DNA of 64,000 nt from positions 38,881 to 102,880 of the forward strand of contig JBDRQD010000030.1 of assembly GCA_043826455.1 (NCBI GenBank). The letters run 5' to 3'. Within the stretch, counting starts at the first letter, position 1. Each line of letters opens with the position of its first letter. A program made the translations under genes and the position numbers. This DNA is from Candidatus Bathyarchaeota archaeon (GTDB lineage Archaea; Thermoproteota; Bathyarchaeia; TCS64). The notes below the pieces were generated by a model. That model saw only the letters and a program-made list of their open reading frames with translations, ran no database searches and was not told the origin of the DNA. Shown here in pieces: positions 39,499 through 48,436 of this stretch.

Positions 39499-39522
39499 CG
39501 TGTATTGGTACCAATACACGTT
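39497..39522. repeat. Palindrome copy 6, perfect 26-bp AACGTGTATTGGTACCAATACACGTT
   Basis: Overlaps the wecB stop codon; core at 39503-39516. Confidence 0.95.
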
Positions 39523-39665
39523 TATCGACACTGGGTATGCCTGAGTCTCTAAGGTACGTACGTGTCATTGTCTGCGCTCTGCCTGGCTCCTAGCGACTGG
39601 TCTTGGATCAGGATGCAAAGTTCTTAACAGCCAAAAATAATGCTACAGGTGCGCGGTGATCCTGG

Positions 39666-40841
39666 TTGGCTTCTGCCCTCAAGAACATAAGGATAGTTGA
39701 CCTCACTCAGCACCTCTCTGGCCCGTTCTGCACGATGCTTCTGGCAGACATGGGCGCCGAGGTCTTCAAAGTGGAGCCCATCTGGGGCGACGCCTCTCGC
39801 ACATCCGCCCAGTACCCCACGGTGGAGGGGCATAACGCTTACTTCATGCACGTCAACCGGAACAAGAGGAGCATCGTGCTGGACCTAAAAACTGGGAAGG
39901 GCGTGGAGGCCCTGAAGAGGCTCGTCGAGGTCTCAGACATCGTCGTCGAGAACTTCAGGCCGGGCGTCATGGACAGGCTCGGCATAGGATACGAGGCGCT
40001 GAGAGAGATTAACCCAGGGATCGTCTACGCATCCATCTCAGGCTTCGGGCAGAGTGGCCCCTACGTCAAGCGACCATCCTTCGACATCATCGCCCAGGCC
40101 ATGAGCGGATGGATGTGGCTCAACAGCCGGGAGACCCGAGGCCTAAACAGCCAAGCCCCCATGGAGCCGTCGTGCCTAGCAGGAAGCCCGGGGGACACCA
40201 TACCGGGCGTCTTCTGCGCCCTCAGCATCCTGGCGGCGCTGCTCCATAGACAGGCCACGGGCCGGGGGCAGAGGATCGACGTTGCCCAGACAGACTCCCT
40301 GATGGCTGTTTCGGGGCTGAGCCTAATCCGATACCTCTACTCAGGCGGCGCCGCCGATGAGCGGGCCGGTCGACCCTCCACCCAGATCCATGGAGTCTAT
40401 GAGGCTAGAGACGGGTACGTGGCTGTCCGCGTCATCGGAGACGATGCGATAAAGTCCGTGGCTGATGTGACCGGCGTAGATGTTGATGAAGTCAATCCTT
40501 CCTCCGGCGCCCTGCGAGACTGGTTCAAGCAGAGGAGCAGAGACCAGATAGTTGATCTCCTCGCCGAGAAGGTCCCGTGCGCGCCGGTGGTCACAGACGA
40601 GGAGCTGGTGCAGGACCCAAACGTCAAGGAGCGGGGGATGATCATCGAACGACGGCACCTTCAGGGCTTCACCTACCGAACCATCGCGACAGGCGTAAAG
40701 TTCTCTGAGACACCCACCCGAATCGAGCTCCTCCCCCCTGAGCTGGGGGCTGACACCGTCGACGTTCTCCGGCTGATCGGGTACGACGACGATGAGATCA
40801 GGGTCTTAATGGATGAGGGCGCGGCGCGTGGACTCGCCTGA
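39666..40841 (+). CDS. Class III CoA-transferase (CaiB/BaiF family)
   Basis: GPFCTMLLADMGAEV, NRNKRSI, ENFRPG, SGFGQSGP motifs and catalytic PGD. Confidence 0.93.
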   Translation: MASALKNIRIVDLTQHLSGPFCTMLLADMGAEVFKVEPIWGDASRTSAQYPTVEGHNAYFMHVNRNKRSIVLDLKTGKGVEALKRLVEVSDIVVENFRPGVMDRLGIGYEALREINPGIVYASISGFGQSGPYVKRPSFDIIAQAMSGWMWLNSRETRGLNSQAPMEPSCLAGSPGDTIPGVFCALSILAALLHRQATGRGQRIDVAQTDSLMAVSGLSLIRYLYSGGAADERAGRPSTQIHGVYEARDGYVAVRVIGDDAIKSVADVTGVDVDEVNPSSGALRDWFKQRSRDQIVDLLAEKVPCAPVVTDEELVQDPNVKERGMIIERRHLQGFTYRTIATGVKFSETPTRIELLPPELGADTVDVLRLIGYDDDEIRVLMDEGAARGLA

Positions 40842-40891
40842 GAATGTTTCGCGCGAGAAGAATTAATGTAGCGAGTCACCCTCTCATCATC

Positions 40892-41881
40892 ATGGGTTCA
40901 ACGATCCCCCATCACACCGATGTTGAGAGCCTCGTCAGGCGCTCTTCACTGATCTTCCCGGTAAACGTGGAGAGGTTCGCCGAGAAGGCGCACCTGCGGG
41001 GGGCGGACTGCGTCATCATGGACTTGGAGGATTCCGTGCCTGAGGGTGAGAAGGACAAGGCGAGGAGCCTGATCAGAGGCTACATACCCGTCGTCGGTAA
41101 GGGGGGCGGGGACGTCGCGGTCCGGATCAACCGCCCCATCAAACAGGCGACACAGGACTTGGAGGCCTCCGTGTGGCGTGGGCTGACCTGCGTGTCTCTA
41201 CCCAAGGTCGAGTCGGCGGAGGAGGTCCGGCTGATAGACCAGATCATAACCGGCTTGGAGAGAAAAAGAGGGATGGGTGTCGGCACCGTACAAATGGCTA
41301 TAGCCGTGGAGACGGCGCTCGGCGTAGTCAGAGCCTATGAGATCGCGTCCGCCAGCCCGAGAACAGTGACCATGGGCGTTGGCGCAGAGGACCTGACCCA
41401 GGAGATGGGCGTCCAGACAACCAAGGAGGGCCAGGAGCTATGGTACGCCCGATCGAAGGTCCTCACGGATGCCTACGCTGCCGGTGTCCAGCCAATGGGG
41501 CTAGTAGGAGTTGAGCCCTTCACTCTGCAGGAGCCTGAGAGGGCCTACGACACTGCTTTAAACTCCCGCAAGCTGGGCTACAAGGGCGCCCAGTCCATCC
41601 ACCCGGCGCCTATCCTCTATCTAAACAAGGGCTTCTCCATACCCCCTGAAGAAGTCGACCAGATGAGGAGGACCCTAGAAGCCTTCGAGGAGGGGCTGAG
41701 GAAGGGGACGGCTTCCGTGAACGTGGACGGCAGGATGATAGACATAGCCTCAGCGGAGAGATGCAGGAGGGTCCTCAGGAGGGCAGACGCCATCACGGGT
41801 ATGGATAGGAGGAAGAGTGAGGCCCTGAAAGACCCTGACCTCGTTGAAAGTAAGCTCAGGACCGCGTTAGATGACATCTAG
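40892..41881 (+). CDS. CitE-like acyl-CoA lyase (HpcH/HpaI aldolase-citrate lyase family)
   Basis: RRSSL, MDLEDSV, VRIN, PKVES, ETALG, GAEDL and IHP motifs. Confidence 0.9.
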   Translation: MGSTIPHHTDVESLVRRSSLIFPVNVERFAEKAHLRGADCVIMDLEDSVPEGEKDKARSLIRGYIPVVGKGGGDVAVRINRPIKQATQDLEASVWRGLTCVSLPKVESAEEVRLIDQIITGLERKRGMGVGTVQMAIAVETALGVVRAYEIASASPRTVTMGVGAEDLTQEMGVQTTKEGQELWYARSKVLTDAYAAGVQPMGLVGVEPFTLQEPERAYDTALNSRKLGYKGAQSIHPAPILYLNKGFSIPPEEVDQMRRTLEAFEEGLRKGTASVNVDGRMIDIASAERCRRVLRRADAITGMDRRKSEALKDPDLVESKLRTALDDI

Positions 41882-41954
41882 GCACGCTATCCGCGGGTGG
41901 TGCTCACCCGGAAAAGGGTTTTATGCTCACGTTCTCGCATAACAATGTTACTTC

Positions 41955-42860
41955 ATGCAAGAGGAGCACGGAATCGTCTTCGACGTCAAGCACTTCGCCG
42001 TCCACGACGGGCCGGGCATCAGAACCACGGTCTTCCTGAAGGGGTGCCCCCTCAGGTGCCTCTGGTGTCACAGCCCGGAGTCCCAGAGCCTCGCCCCCGA
42101 GATCATGATCCACCCTGAGAGATGCATCGGATGCAAAGCCTGCGTGAAGGCGTGCCCCCAAGGCGCACTGAAGCACCCAGGCGACCCTGAGCCGGCGGGC
42201 TGCACCCACTGCGGGGCCTGCGCCCAGGCCTGCTACTCGGGCGCCAGAGTCCTGCTCGGGGCCAGCCTTACCGTCGAAGAGGTCATGATCTCGGTCAGGA
42301 AGGACAAGCGGCTCCATGAGGCCTCCGGGGGCGGAGTCACGATCTCGGGAGGTGAACCCACGCACCAACCCGGGTTCACCTACACGCTGCTCCAGGCCCT
42401 GAAGGAGGAGGGCTACCACACGGCGCTGGACACCTGCGGCTGCACCACGTGGGAGACGCTTAAGCGGATGCTACCCCTCACCGATCTATTCCTCTACGAC
42501 CTGAAGCACCTCGATCCTGACACCCATCGCAGATTAACGGGCAGGGACAACGACCTGATCCTCTCAAACCTTAGACGGTTGTCCGAGATGGATGCCCGCG
42601 TCGTGGTCAGGGTACCCCTGATCCCGGGCCTCAACGACTCCGAGGAGCACCTGAAGAGCGTAGAAGGGCTCCTCAGGGGCCTGAACGTGGAGGCCGTCGA
42701 GATCCTGCCGTACCACAGGCTGGGGGTGCCCAAGTACGAGTCCCTGGGCAGAAGGTACACTTTGGCCGATCTGGAGCCACACAGCGAGGCTCACCTTCTC
42801 AGAGTCCAGGAGCACCTGAGAGCCAACGGGTTGAACGTAGTGGTTGAGGGATTGATGTGA
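41955..42860 (+). CDS. Glycyl-radical enzyme activating enzyme (radical SAM with ferredoxin insert)
   Basis: HDGPGIRTTVFLKGCPLRCLWCHSPES; CxxCxxCxxxC insertions; SGGEP. Confidence 0.95.
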   Translation: MQEEHGIVFDVKHFAVHDGPGIRTTVFLKGCPLRCLWCHSPESQSLAPEIMIHPERCIGCKACVKACPQGALKHPGDPEPAGCTHCGACAQACYSGARVLLGASLTVEEVMISVRKDKRLHEASGGGVTISGGEPTHQPGFTYTLLQALKEEGYHTALDTCGCTTWETLKRMLPLTDLFLYDLKHLDPDTHRRLTGRDNDLILSNLRRLSEMDARVVVRVPLIPGLNDSEEHLKSVEGLLRGLNVEAVEILPYHRLGVPKYESLGRRYTLADLEPHSEAHLLRVQEHLRANGLNVVVEGLM

Positions 42861-45115
42861 GTAGAGTGGATGCCATCAGAAGAAACCTGGACCGATACGA
42901 GGTCGTCGAGACACCGATAGTCAGATCCACCGTGTTAAAGGAGCCCGGCGTCGAAGCCAAACCCGTGATCATCAGGAAGGCGCTGGCCCTGGAGCGCATG
43001 CTGGAGGAGGCCCCGGTCCACATCTACCCCCACGAACTCATCGTGGGCATCCCCTTCAGAGAGAGGCCGAGCCCCGAGGACCCATCCAAACGGCTGATAC
43101 TTCCGGAGAGCGTGTCAGGGCAGGGTTACACGGACTTCGCCAACAAGCTCATCGCCCTGGGCCACCGGGACGCCACCTATCACCCCGTGATCCAGTGCCT
43201 CAGCAGATACGGCGGCAGCGACATGTTCTGCGTGTTCCCCCACTACGCGACCTCCGAGGAGGTCGACGAGGCCAGGAGGCTGGGCCTTGACGCGAACTGC
43301 AACCCGGGCCACCTCCAAGGAGGCCACGCCCAGGTGATCAAGCACGGCTGGAGCGGCCTCAGGAATACAGCAGAGGACCACCTCAGCCGGTTAAGCCCAA
43401 CGTCTGAGCACACCCAGAGGCAGGCCGCCTTCCTGGAGGCCGTCATCATCACGCTTCAGGCCGCCCAGGGCTACGCCCATAGATACGCGCAGCACGCCGA
43501 GGACCTGGCCAGAAAAAAGGCCTCCGGCCAGCGAAGGAGCGAGCTCGCCAAGATAGCTGAGGTGTGCAGGAACGTGGCGGTCAGGGCGCCTCAGACTTGG
43601 TGGGAGGCCTTGCAGCTCAACTGGTTCACGCACCTGATCAATCACACGCAGGGCGCCCACCAGCTTGGACGGTTCGATCAGTACATGTGGCCTGTGCTCA
43701 GACGGCAGCTTGAGAGGGGAGAGACGACCATGGATGAGGCCCAGGAGCTCCTGGAGTGTCTCTGGCTCAAGTTCAGCACCTACACGGCCGTGGACATGGA
43801 TAACCTTCAGAACATAATCATCGGGGGCATGACCCCTGATGGGGGCGACGCCACCAACCCCCTCAGCTACATGTGTCTGGAGGCCACGGACAAGCTGGGC
43901 ACCATTGACCCCAAGTGGAGCATCAGAGTACACAAGGATAGCCCCCAGGAGTTCCTGAGCCGCGCCGCCGAGATAATAAAGAAGGGGGGAGCCGAGCCCG
44001 GCATATACAACGACGAGATAATCATCAAGGCCCTCACAGACACCGGGGTCCCCCTGGAGGACGCGCGGGACTACACCAACGACGGCTGCTCTGAGATCCT
44101 CGTCCAGGGCAGCACAAACCCTTGGGCCTTCGAGGCCAGGGTGAAGCTCCTCAAGTGCCTGGAGTCGACTGTCGACGGCATCCAAGACCTCCAGACCTTT
44201 GAGGAGCTCTACGCCTCCTTCAAGGACAGGGTGTCGGTCGCTGTCTCCCTCGCCGTCTCCAACGCCAACGTCCTCCAGGAGGCCGTGCCTAGGATAAGCC
44301 CGAACCCGTGGATCTCCGCGGGGGTCGAGGGCTGCCTGGAGAAGATGATGGACGTCACCGAGGGGGGCGCCAAATATAACTCGGCGGCTGTGTGCGTGAC
44401 AGGCTTGGCGGACGCCGTAGACTCGCTGGCGGCCCTGAAGAAGCTGGTTTACGAGGATAAGCTCATCGCACCAGTGGAGCTCCTCAAGGCCTTGAAGGCA
44501 GATTTCGAGGGGCATGAGCGCATGAGGCAGCTCCTCCTGAACAGGGCCCCCAAGTTTGGTAATGACGACGACTACGTGGACAGCATAGCCACAGACCTCG
44601 TTGAGCACCTGCACCGCGAGGTCACGAGGCACAGGAACCCGCGGGGAGGCGGGTACGTCCTGGGCCTGTTCAGCTACGGAGACTACATCGGCCACGGCCT
44701 GGTCACGGGCGCCACACCCAACGGCAGGAGGTCCGGGGACAGCATATGCCCCAACTTCTCCCCCAGCCCAGGCAGGGACAAGGCCGGGCCCTGGGCCGCC
44801 ATGAAGTCCACGGCAAAGGTCAACCAGGCCCTCACAGCGAACGGGAACGCCCTGGACCTGACAATACACCCCTCGGCCTTCACGGGGCCCCAGGGGACAG
44901 AGAACCTGGTCAGTCTGATACGCGCCTTCAACTCGATAGGGGGCATTCAGGTCCAGTTCAACATAGTCGACTCGGAGACCTTGAAGGCGGCGCAGCGTGA
45001 GCCCGAGAAGTACCAGAACCTGACGGTGCGTTTGTGGGGGTTCCCCGCCTACTTCACCAGACTGCCGAGGGAGTTCCAGGAACACCTCATAGCCAGGTCA
45101 GAGCACAAACTGTAA
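42857..45115 (+). CDS. Glycyl radical enzyme (PFL-like/PflD superfamily), unknown substrate
   Basis: GRFDQY, Cys loop DGCSE, PKFGNDD, GATPNGR, QVQFN and Gly loop VRLWGFPAYF. Confidence 0.9.
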   Translation: MSRVDAIRRNLDRYEVVETPIVRSTVLKEPGVEAKPVIIRKALALERMLEEAPVHIYPHELIVGIPFRERPSPEDPSKRLILPESVSGQGYTDFANKLIALGHRDATYHPVIQCLSRYGGSDMFCVFPHYATSEEVDEARRLGLDANCNPGHLQGGHAQVIKHGWSGLRNTAEDHLSRLSPTSEHTQRQAAFLEAVIITLQAAQGYAHRYAQHAEDLARKKASGQRRSELAKIAEVCRNVAVRAPQTWWEALQLNWFTHLINHTQGAHQLGRFDQYMWPVLRRQLERGETTMDEAQELLECLWLKFSTYTAVDMDNLQNIIIGGMTPDGGDATNPLSYMCLEATDKLGTIDPKWSIRVHKDSPQEFLSRAAEIIKKGGAEPGIYNDEIIIKALTDTGVPLEDARDYTNDGCSEILVQGSTNPWAFEARVKLLKCLESTVDGIQDLQTFEELYASFKDRVSVAVSLAVSNANVLQEAVPRISPNPWISAGVEGCLEKMMDVTEGGAKYNSAAVCVTGLADAVDSLAALKKLVYEDKLIAPVELLKALKADFEGHERMRQLLLNRAPKFGNDDDYVDSIATDLVEHLHREVTRHRNPRGGGYVLGLFSYGDYIGHGLVTGATPNGRRSGDSICPNFSPSPGRDKAGPWAAMKSTAKVNQALTANGNALDLTIHPSAFTGPQGTENLVSLIRAFNSIGGIQVQFNIVDSETLKAAQREPEKYQNLTVRLWGFPAYFTRLPREFQEHLIARSEHKL

Positions 45116-45147
45116 TCCCCCGTCCATACAGCTTTCTTGGATCGGCT

Positions 45148-45348
45148 CTATTTCTTGGTCTGGGTGCCGCAGCAGCTGCATACTATGTATCCCTGTTTCA
45201 GCTTCCTCTCTATGAAGTCGCTGCACTCCTTCTTGTCCAGGAAGAGGGGCTGCCCACAATCCTTGCAGCGCTCCTCAGGGGTCTCAGCTGTCGACATCCC
45301 TGATATCTTCGAGTCGATGGTTAATAACTTGTACCATAAAAGCGCCAC
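45148..45348 (-). CDS. Small Zn-finger protein
   Basis: CKDCG...CSCCG. Confidence 0.55.
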   Translation of the reverse strand: MALLWYKLLTIDSKISGMSTAETPEERCKDCGQPLFLDKKECSDFIERKLKQGYIVCSCCGTQTKK

Positions 45349-45411
45349 ATCGCATACGAGACAATTGTGTAGTTATTGTTGTCGTTATCTAGAAGAAACG
45401 CGTGTGTCCAG

Positions 45412-47100
45412 TCAAAGTTGTCTCCCCTGGGGTAATGTCCTGTACTGGGATATGGGTGCCAACTCGTACCTATCTATCAGCACGTCTATGATGGCGGGTT
45501 TACCTGAGGCGAAGGCGGACTGTATGGCCTCCTTCAGTTCGCCTGGTCTATCGATTCTCTGGCCGTAGCAGTTGAATGCCTCGGCCACCCGCCCATAGTC
45601 TACGTCGATGAAGTCTGATGATCTCAGCGCCTTTCCCTGGCCTCTCCACTTGAACCCGTAGTGGAGCATCCCCAGGGTGACGTTGTTGAAGACCACGGCC
45701 ACGAAGGGCTTGTCGCAGCGCAGGGCGGTCTCCAGCTCTGCTATGTGGTAGGCGACGCCGCCGTCCCCCGTCACGTCCAGCACCTTCCTGTTCCCGGCGG
45801 CGAACTTGGCGCCGATAGCCGCCGGGAGACTCCACCCCAGCGTCCCCGCGGCCCTTATGTAGGTCCTCCCGGGGGCGGCCAACGGGTAGAGAACCCCCGT
45901 CCATGCCGCCATTTGCCCCGTGTCGGCGACGAGGATATCCTGCTCGCCTAGAACCTGCCTGATCTCCTTGATGACGCGATGGGGTTTGATGGGCACCGCA
46001 TCGGAGCTCATCACAGCAGAGGCCTGGTCGCTCCACTCCTTCTTCAACGCCTCCACGTGTTCAAGGTACTGCCTTTTCTGGGGCTTATCCATCATCTTCC
46101 TCAACACTTTGTGAAGATCTCTGACCCCATTCTTGGCGTCGCATACCATTCTTGACGCCACATTGTAGTTCCTGCCAATGGTCTCTGCCTCGATGTCGAG
46201 TTGTAGTATGGTGGCGTCCTGCCCGGGCACGGTCCAGTTGTCCGTTGCCATCCCCCCTGCTCTGGAGCCGATAAAAAACACGACATCAGCGTCGTCCACT
46301 ACCTTGTTCGCCGTCGAGCTCGAGTATCTACCCACCACACCCACGGACAGCGGGTGCTCGTCTGGGATAGCCCCTTTTCCGCTGAGAGTCGTAGCCACAG
46401 GTATAAAGTAGGACTCAGCGAGCTTGATGAGTTCGTTCCAGGCACGTGATACCATCACCCCGCCGCCCGCAACTATCACTGGGCGCTGAGCTTTGGCGAG
46501 GATCTCCGCCGCCTTCTTCACGTCCTCTGGGTCCGGGCTTGTTCTCGCCGAGGGGTACGTCTTACACCTCAGATCAGCGTACGGCTCAGGAACGTCGGCT
46601 ATACTATTTGCGGCGTCGTAGTGAAGATTGATGTGAACTGGCCCAGGGCATCCGCTTGTAGCGATTATGAAGGCGTCCCGGGTGATCTCGGCCGCTCTCT
46701 CAGCCTGGTAGATGTGGGCGTTCCACTTTGTGGTGGGCTCAAAGAAGGGCATCTCGTCCAGCTCCTGGTACTGGAACTTGTACAGCTCGGGGACGTTGGT
46801 TGAGCCCGTGAGAGCTATGACGGGCGTGCACGTCCAGTAAGCCTCGGATATACCGGCTGCGAGGTTAATTGCGCCCGGCCCAGCCTGCCCATAGCATACG
46901 CTCGGCTCGTAGCTTACCCGAGAGTAGCCGTCAGCCATGTACGCCGCCGCTTTCTCACTCCGCGCCAATACGAGGTCGATGCCCGCCTCCTCCATCTCGA
47001 TGAAGAGGGAGATCATGCCTCCTGAGACGTGGAAAAAGTGTTTTACTCCATGATTTTTCATGGTTTCCGCCACAGCCTTCGCTCCACTCATGTGAACCAT
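45412..47100 (-). CDS. Thiamine-diphosphate enzyme, acetolactate synthase-like family
   Basis: RSEKAAAYMADGY, GPGAIN, GPVHI and TGDGG...FNN ThDP motifs. Confidence 0.9.
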   Translation of the reverse strand: MVHMSGAKAVAETMKNHGVKHFFHVSGGMISLFIEMEEAGIDLVLARSEKAAAYMADGYSRVSYEPSVCYGQAGPGAINLAAGISEAYWTCTPVIALTGSTNVPELYKFQYQELDEMPFFEPTTKWNAHIYQAERAAEITRDAFIIATSGCPGPVHINLHYDAANSIADVPEPYADLRCKTYPSARTSPDPEDVKKAAEILAKAQRPVIVAGGGVMVSRAWNELIKLAESYFIPVATTLSGKGAIPDEHPLSVGVVGRYSSSTANKVVDDADVVFFIGSRAGGMATDNWTVPGQDATILQLDIEAETIGRNYNVASRMVCDAKNGVRDLHKVLRKMMDKPQKRQYLEHVEALKKEWSDQASAVMSSDAVPIKPHRVIKEIRQVLGEQDILVADTGQMAAWTGVLYPLAAPGRTYIRAAGTLGWSLPAAIGAKFAAGNRKVLDVTGDGGVAYHIAELETALRCDKPFVAVVFNNVTLGMLHYGFKWRGQGKALRSSDFIDVDYGRVAEAFNCYGQRIDRPGELKEAIQSAFASGKPAIIDVLIDRYELAPISQYRTLPQGRQL

Positions 47101-47262
47101 AAAACGCCACCCACTTGTGTCCTACTTGTGATAGTAACAAGTAACCTGTAAACACTATATGTTTATTGCATATCCGCGCTAGCAGAAAATATATTTTATC
47201 TCATCCAACGCACTCCGATCATCTGGGTTAACCCTATAATCTAGGGCGTCCACGTATCAGTC

Positions 47263-48354
47263 ATGGTAAGAATCGGAGACCCCGTCGAGGAGATAGACAC
47301 GCCCGCGCTGCTCCTCGACCTCGACATCATGGAGTCCAACATAAGGAAGATGGCCGACAGGTTCAAGCGAATGCCCGCGGACCTGCGGCCCCACGTGAAG
47401 ACCCACAAGATCCCCATCATAGCCTGGAAACAGATTGAGGCCGGGGCCATCGGGGTGACCTGCGCCAAGCTGGGCGAGGCCGAGGTGATGGCCGAGGCGG
47501 GGATCAGAGACATACTCATAGCCAACCAGGTGGTGGGTGAGCCCAAGGTCACCCGCCTCATGAGCTTGGCCAAGCACAGCGACGTCATCGTGGCCGTGGA
47601 TGACAGCCGCAACGTCAAGCACCTGGCGGAGAGGGCCCGTGAGAAGAAGGTTGAGCTCGGTGTCCTTGTGGAGGTGGACGTTGGCAACAACCGGTGCGGG
47701 ACCATGCCGGGCGAGCCAGCCCTCCAGCTGTCCAAGGAGGTGATGCGGTACCCCAGCTTGGACTTCAAGGGGCTAATGGGCTACGAGGGGTTCTGCCAGT
47801 TCATCCCGGAGCTGGAGGCGAGAAGGGCTAAGGCCACAGAGGCCATGGACAAGCTGGTGGGCACCAGGCACCTCCTGGAGAATAACGGCGTAGACGTGGA
47901 CATCGTCAGCGGGGGCGGCACAGGCACCCACATGATAACCGGTAACCACCGGGGGGTGACCGAGGTGGAGGCGGGCAGCTACGTGTTCATGGACGCCAAG
48001 TACAGCACAGTTGAGGGCTTGGAGGAGTTCGGTCAGGCCCTTACCGTCCTCTCCACCATCGTAAGCACCAGCCGCAAAGACAAAACAATATGCGATGTGG
48101 GGCTGAAAACCATGACTTTCGAGCACGGGATGCCCCTCATCAAGGGCAGAGACGACATGGAGTACGTGCGCGGCAACGAGGAGCACGGCCACATCCAGGT
48201 GGGGCCAGGGTTTGACCTGAAGCCCGGCGACAAGTTCGAGCTCATTCCCACCCACTGCTGCGCCACCACCAACCTCTACGATGTCCTGCACTGCGTCAGA
48301 GGCGGCGTCCTCGAGGCCGTGTGGAGGGTCCAGGCGAGAGGTAAGAGCCAGTAA
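47263..48354 (+). CDS. DSD1/D-threonine aldolase-like PLP enzyme (alanine racemase fold)
   Basis: TPALLLD, LRPHVKTHK, GYEG, GGGTG, AGSYVFMD, EEHG and HCC motifs. Confidence 0.9.
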   Translation: MVRIGDPVEEIDTPALLLDLDIMESNIRKMADRFKRMPADLRPHVKTHKIPIIAWKQIEAGAIGVTCAKLGEAEVMAEAGIRDILIANQVVGEPKVTRLMSLAKHSDVIVAVDDSRNVKHLAERAREKKVELGVLVEVDVGNNRCGTMPGEPALQLSKEVMRYPSLDFKGLMGYEGFCQFIPELEARRAKATEAMDKLVGTRHLLENNGVDVDIVSGGGTGTHMITGNHRGVTEVEAGSYVFMDAKYSTVEGLEEFGQALTVLSTIVSTSRKDKTICDVGLKTMTFEHGMPLIKGRDDMEYVRGNEEHGHIQVGPGFDLKPGDKFELIPTHCCATTNLYDVLHCVRGGVLEAVWRVQARGKSQ

Positions 48355-48436
48355 GGATCATCTCATAACCCTTTTTTCGTTGATTCAGGCCTATGCAAGT
48401 CAAATCATAAAAGGGGCGAAGGGCACCATCTTCTCC

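Noticed and set aside
16077-39522. Integron attC sites or Xer dif sites for the palindromes
   Set aside because: Some have AAC...GTT flanks, but they are too short for attC and lack L boxes, and no integrase is present. Unlike dif, the centre is conserved and the arms vary.
43391-45085. 564-aa antisense ORF
   Set aside because: Shadow of the GC3-rich GRE gene; the same applies to the many other overlapping antisense ORFs in the track.
42857-45348. Fumarate-adding (BSS/ASS-type) enzyme or true PFL
   Set aside because: The Cys loop is GCSE, with no Cys-Cys; the nearby small Cys protein is on the opposite strand and does not look like a BSS small subunit.
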